The translations under genes were made by a program, and so were the position numbers. A DNA stretch of 64,000 nucleotides from Octopus vulgaris (Eukaryota), in assembly GCA_951406725.2 (NCBI GenBank), contig OX597824.1, positions 47,988,001 through 48,052,000 on the forward strand, in the 5' to 3' direction. Of the stretch, positions 61,122-64,000 are shown one piece after another; position 1 is the first letter of the stretch; each line of letters starts with the position of its first letter. The notes beneath the pieces were generated by a model that was not told the DNA's origin, did not search any database, and saw nothing but the letters and a program-made list of their open reading frames with translations.

Positions 61122-61625
61122 TGCAATGGCCCAGTGGTTAGGGCAGCGGACTAGCGGTCGTAGGATTGCGGTTTCGATTCCCAGACCGGGCATTGTAAGT
61201 GTTTATTGAGCGAAAACACCTAAAGCTCCATGAGGCTCCGGCAGGGGGTGGTGGTGAACCCTGCTGTACTCTTTCACCAGAACTTTCTCTCACTCTTTCT
61301 TCTTATTTCTGTTGTACCTGTATTTCAAAGGGCCAGCCTTGTCACACTCTGTGTCACGCCGAATCTCCCCAAGAACTACGTTAAGGGTACACGTGTCTGT
61401 GAGGTGCTCAGCCACTTGCACGTTAATAAATGAGCTGCGACGTCACTGGTGCCAAGCTGTATTGGCCTTTGCCTTTCCCTTGGAAAACTTCGGTGGCGTG
61501 GAGAGGGGAGGCTGGTATGCGTGGGCGACTGCTGGTCTTCAATAAACAACCTTGCCCAGACTTGTACCTCGGAGGGTAACTTTCTAGGTGCAATTCCATG
61601 GTCATTCATGACCGAAGGAGGTCAC
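61122..61625 (+). mobile_element. tRNA-derived SINE (third family), possibly composite with a LINE-like tail
   Basis: A-box tggcccagtgg and B-box ggtttcgattcc; GC-rich relative to the flanks; lies just downstream of the mariner right TIR. Confidence 0.7.
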
Positions 61626-61875
61626 ACAATGTGTGTATGTATGATGATAGTGAATCTATTATTTGAACAATGAGGATTCAGTTGTTCAATTGAATTACCT
61701 ACACCTTAATTGACATGTAAATGGCCAAGCATTTCATACACATGTGTACTCTGTAATCCACAGGCAGAACCAGACAGACACAGTGTGTGACAAGGCTGCA
61801 TCTTTTGAATTCTGGGTACAATCCACCTGACTGACTTCTTTACAGTCTCTGTCTACCCAATTTCAGTCACAAGGT

Positions 61876-62680
61876 ATCATCACCATCATTTAATGTCTGC
61901 TTTCCATGCTGATATGAGTTAGATGGTTTGACTGGAGCAGGTAAGCTAGAGAACTGCATCAGGCTCCAGTCATCAGTTTGGGCTTGGTTTCTATGGCTGG
62001 ATGCTCTTCCTAAGACCAGCCATTCTATGAAGAATACTAGGTGTCTTTTATGTGTCACTGGAACAGGTGTCTTTTATGTCACCAGTATGGGTGCCATAGA
62101 AAATGACATTTGCCCTAGATGCCATGCAGCATGATCAACTATGGAACCTCATGGTTGTGAAACAAACTTCTTAACCATTTAGCCATGTTGCACCTGTGTA
62201 TGTGTGTCTCAAACAGATAGGAAGGAAGAGAGAAACAAGTACTATTACACTAAATTTTAACATGCATGCATTAGAGGCCACATACACACATACTAAAATA
62301 AAATTTTGACTAAGATGTATTGACAAACCAGATGGCTGCACCAGGCTCCAATCTGATCTGGCAGAGTTTCTACAGCTGGATGCCCTTCCTAAGGCCAACC
62401 ACTCCGAGAGTGTAGTGGGTGCTTTTATATGTCACCGTCACAAGGGCCAGTCAGGCGGTACAGGCAACGGCCATGCTCAAATGGTGCTTTTTATGTGCCA
62501 CCTGTACGGAATCCAGTCCAGCGGCACTGACAACAACCTCACTTGAATGTTTTTTCACATGCCTCCAGCACAAGTGCCTGTAAGGCGACGCAGGTAACGA
62601 TCACGTTTGAATGGTGATTTTTACGTGCCACTGGCATGGAAGCCAGTTTGTTGCTCTGGCAACGATCATGCTCAGATGTA
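61876..62680 (-). mobile_element. Cluster of RTE-tail copies and SINE fragments
   Basis: An older copy starts tcatcaccatcatttaatgtctgctttccatgc; a younger copy at 62325-62680 has ggcagagtttctacagctggatgcccttcctaa. Confidence 0.7.
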
Positions 62681-63234
62681 TGTATGTATGCATTCATGTA
62701 TATGTGCGTCTATTGTGTTTGTCTCCATCACTGCTTGACAACATGTGATGGTTTGTTTATGTGCCCATAATTTAGAAGTTCAGAAAAAGAGACTGATAGG
62801 ACAAACTCAAAAGTCAGTATTGGAGTCAACTTGTTTGATTAAATCCTTCAATGTAGTACCCCAGTATGGCCACAGTCCACTGACTGAAATAAGTAAATGT
62901 AAAAAGATTGGAAAAAAAAAAGATGAACTTAAGTAGATAAATTTGATGGGAAATATCCAACAGGATATGGAAAGAAAGTATTGGAACAAACCATAAGGCA
63001 ACAATAATATCAATGAAACGTGTAATCTACTTACTATAACTTTAGATGTATATCCACTGTTGATTGCAATGGTATGTATCAAAAGATTGCTTATTGCTGG
63101 ATTTATATCATTAAAGTTTGGCGTTTGTTTATAGTGTATGCCTGAAGAAGAGAAATATATACAAGTTTTAAACTACATATATAAACATACTTTCAGATAA
63201 GTCACAGAAATGAAAATCAGTTTTAAAAGATATC

Positions 63235-63452
63235 AACCCTTTTGATACTGTATTTCTGTTGAAACAAACTTTTATTTCAGTTAATTTTGAAAATAATAAT
63301 TTAGTAAAATAGCTATCATTATTAAGCTGGTGTTTGGAATATAAATTTATACAAGAAATTTTGATGGAAGGTTTTAATTCATTCTCTTGAAAACTAAGTT
63401 TTTATCATAGAAACAAGGGACAGTCTCAGATGGATTGGTATCAAAAGGGCAA
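63235..63452 (-). mobile_element. piggyBac-like MITE copy
   Basis: aacccttttgatac ... ggtatcaaaaggg inverted termini; interior is the reverse complement of 14818-15076. Confidence 0.65.
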
Positions 63453-64000
63453 ATGCATAGTGAAAATGACACAATGTTTAAATGAGACGGCCAGGTGGCA
63501 ATAAGGTCAATGACATATCGATCTTATCTGATACAGAAGTATGTTTTATTAAGATGAGCTGAAAATTATATTATGAGAGTAAACACTATAACACTAGATA
63601 ACAATAAGTTTGATATTAACTCCCATACCCTCTCACTTTTTTTGACAAACAAATCCTTTGAAAGGATTTGCTCAGTCAGCTTACCTTTCGACAAAAGAAT
63701 CTGAATGCTATCTTATGTCAAAGCTTCTAGGGAGATAAGATTCAGTGAAATTTAAGTTTATAATACTAGAATGTTAAAGAGTCTCATTAGCTTGAGATTA
63801 GTGTTAAAAAGAGTCTGACTAATCTAAGAAGACATAACTAAAGAAATTGCATATTTCCCTACAGATAAGACAAGATGTCTGTTGACATTCTGTTGAACAA
63901 TGTCAGCAGCATGGTATCATACATTAAAGATATGAATGAGGTGGCCATAGTACTAAACACTGGCATAGGATTGTGGTGCAACAGTTTACAAGCAGGAAAA

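Noticed and set aside
61125-61195. tRNA-like sequence
   Set aside because: It has A/B boxes but no complete cloverleaf and runs straight into SINE body sequence, so it is a SINE head rather than a tRNA gene.
63685-63720. Minus-strand donor AAG|gtaagc considered as the next upstream PMCA exon
   Set aside because: No frame resembles the expected ...NSxYTSxI sequence preceding LSKDSSTLP; that exon must lie beyond the window.

Overview
AT-rich, (TA)n/(CA)n-microsatellite-dense eukaryotic DNA. The repeat families look like those of a coleoid cephalopod, most likely Octopus (recognised from memory, not from a search). The window holds the 3' half of a plasma-membrane Ca2+-ATPase gene (PMCA/ATP2B, P2B-type ATPase) on the minus strand. 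Ten constitutive exons (58072 to 35314) were reconstructed by hand with GT-AG boundaries and matching phases, running from the N-domain through TM5-TM10 to the first half of the calmodulin-binding domain (...GQILWVRGLTRLQQQ). That single phase-0 donor is followed by three separate, homologous, stop-containing terminal exons (23674-23279 LRVVRAFK...ETSI*, 22185-22009 IRVVNAFR...DTSV*, 12553-12338 IRVVNAFQ...ADEP*). Each completes the CaM-binding/autoinhibitory helix differently, and two carry a PDZ ligand while one does not. Several weaker cassette, terminal or recursive-splice exon candidates lie between them. The introns carry a full-length but dead mariner, a second mariner relic, Tigger-, Sola3-, piggyBac- and Helitron-like relics/MITEs, RTE- and CR1-type LINE fragments and tRNA-derived SINEs, some arranged as inverted pairs that could form dsRNA. 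Almost all other ORFs in the track are microsatellite or repeat artefacts. The 5' part of the gene lies beyond position 64000.
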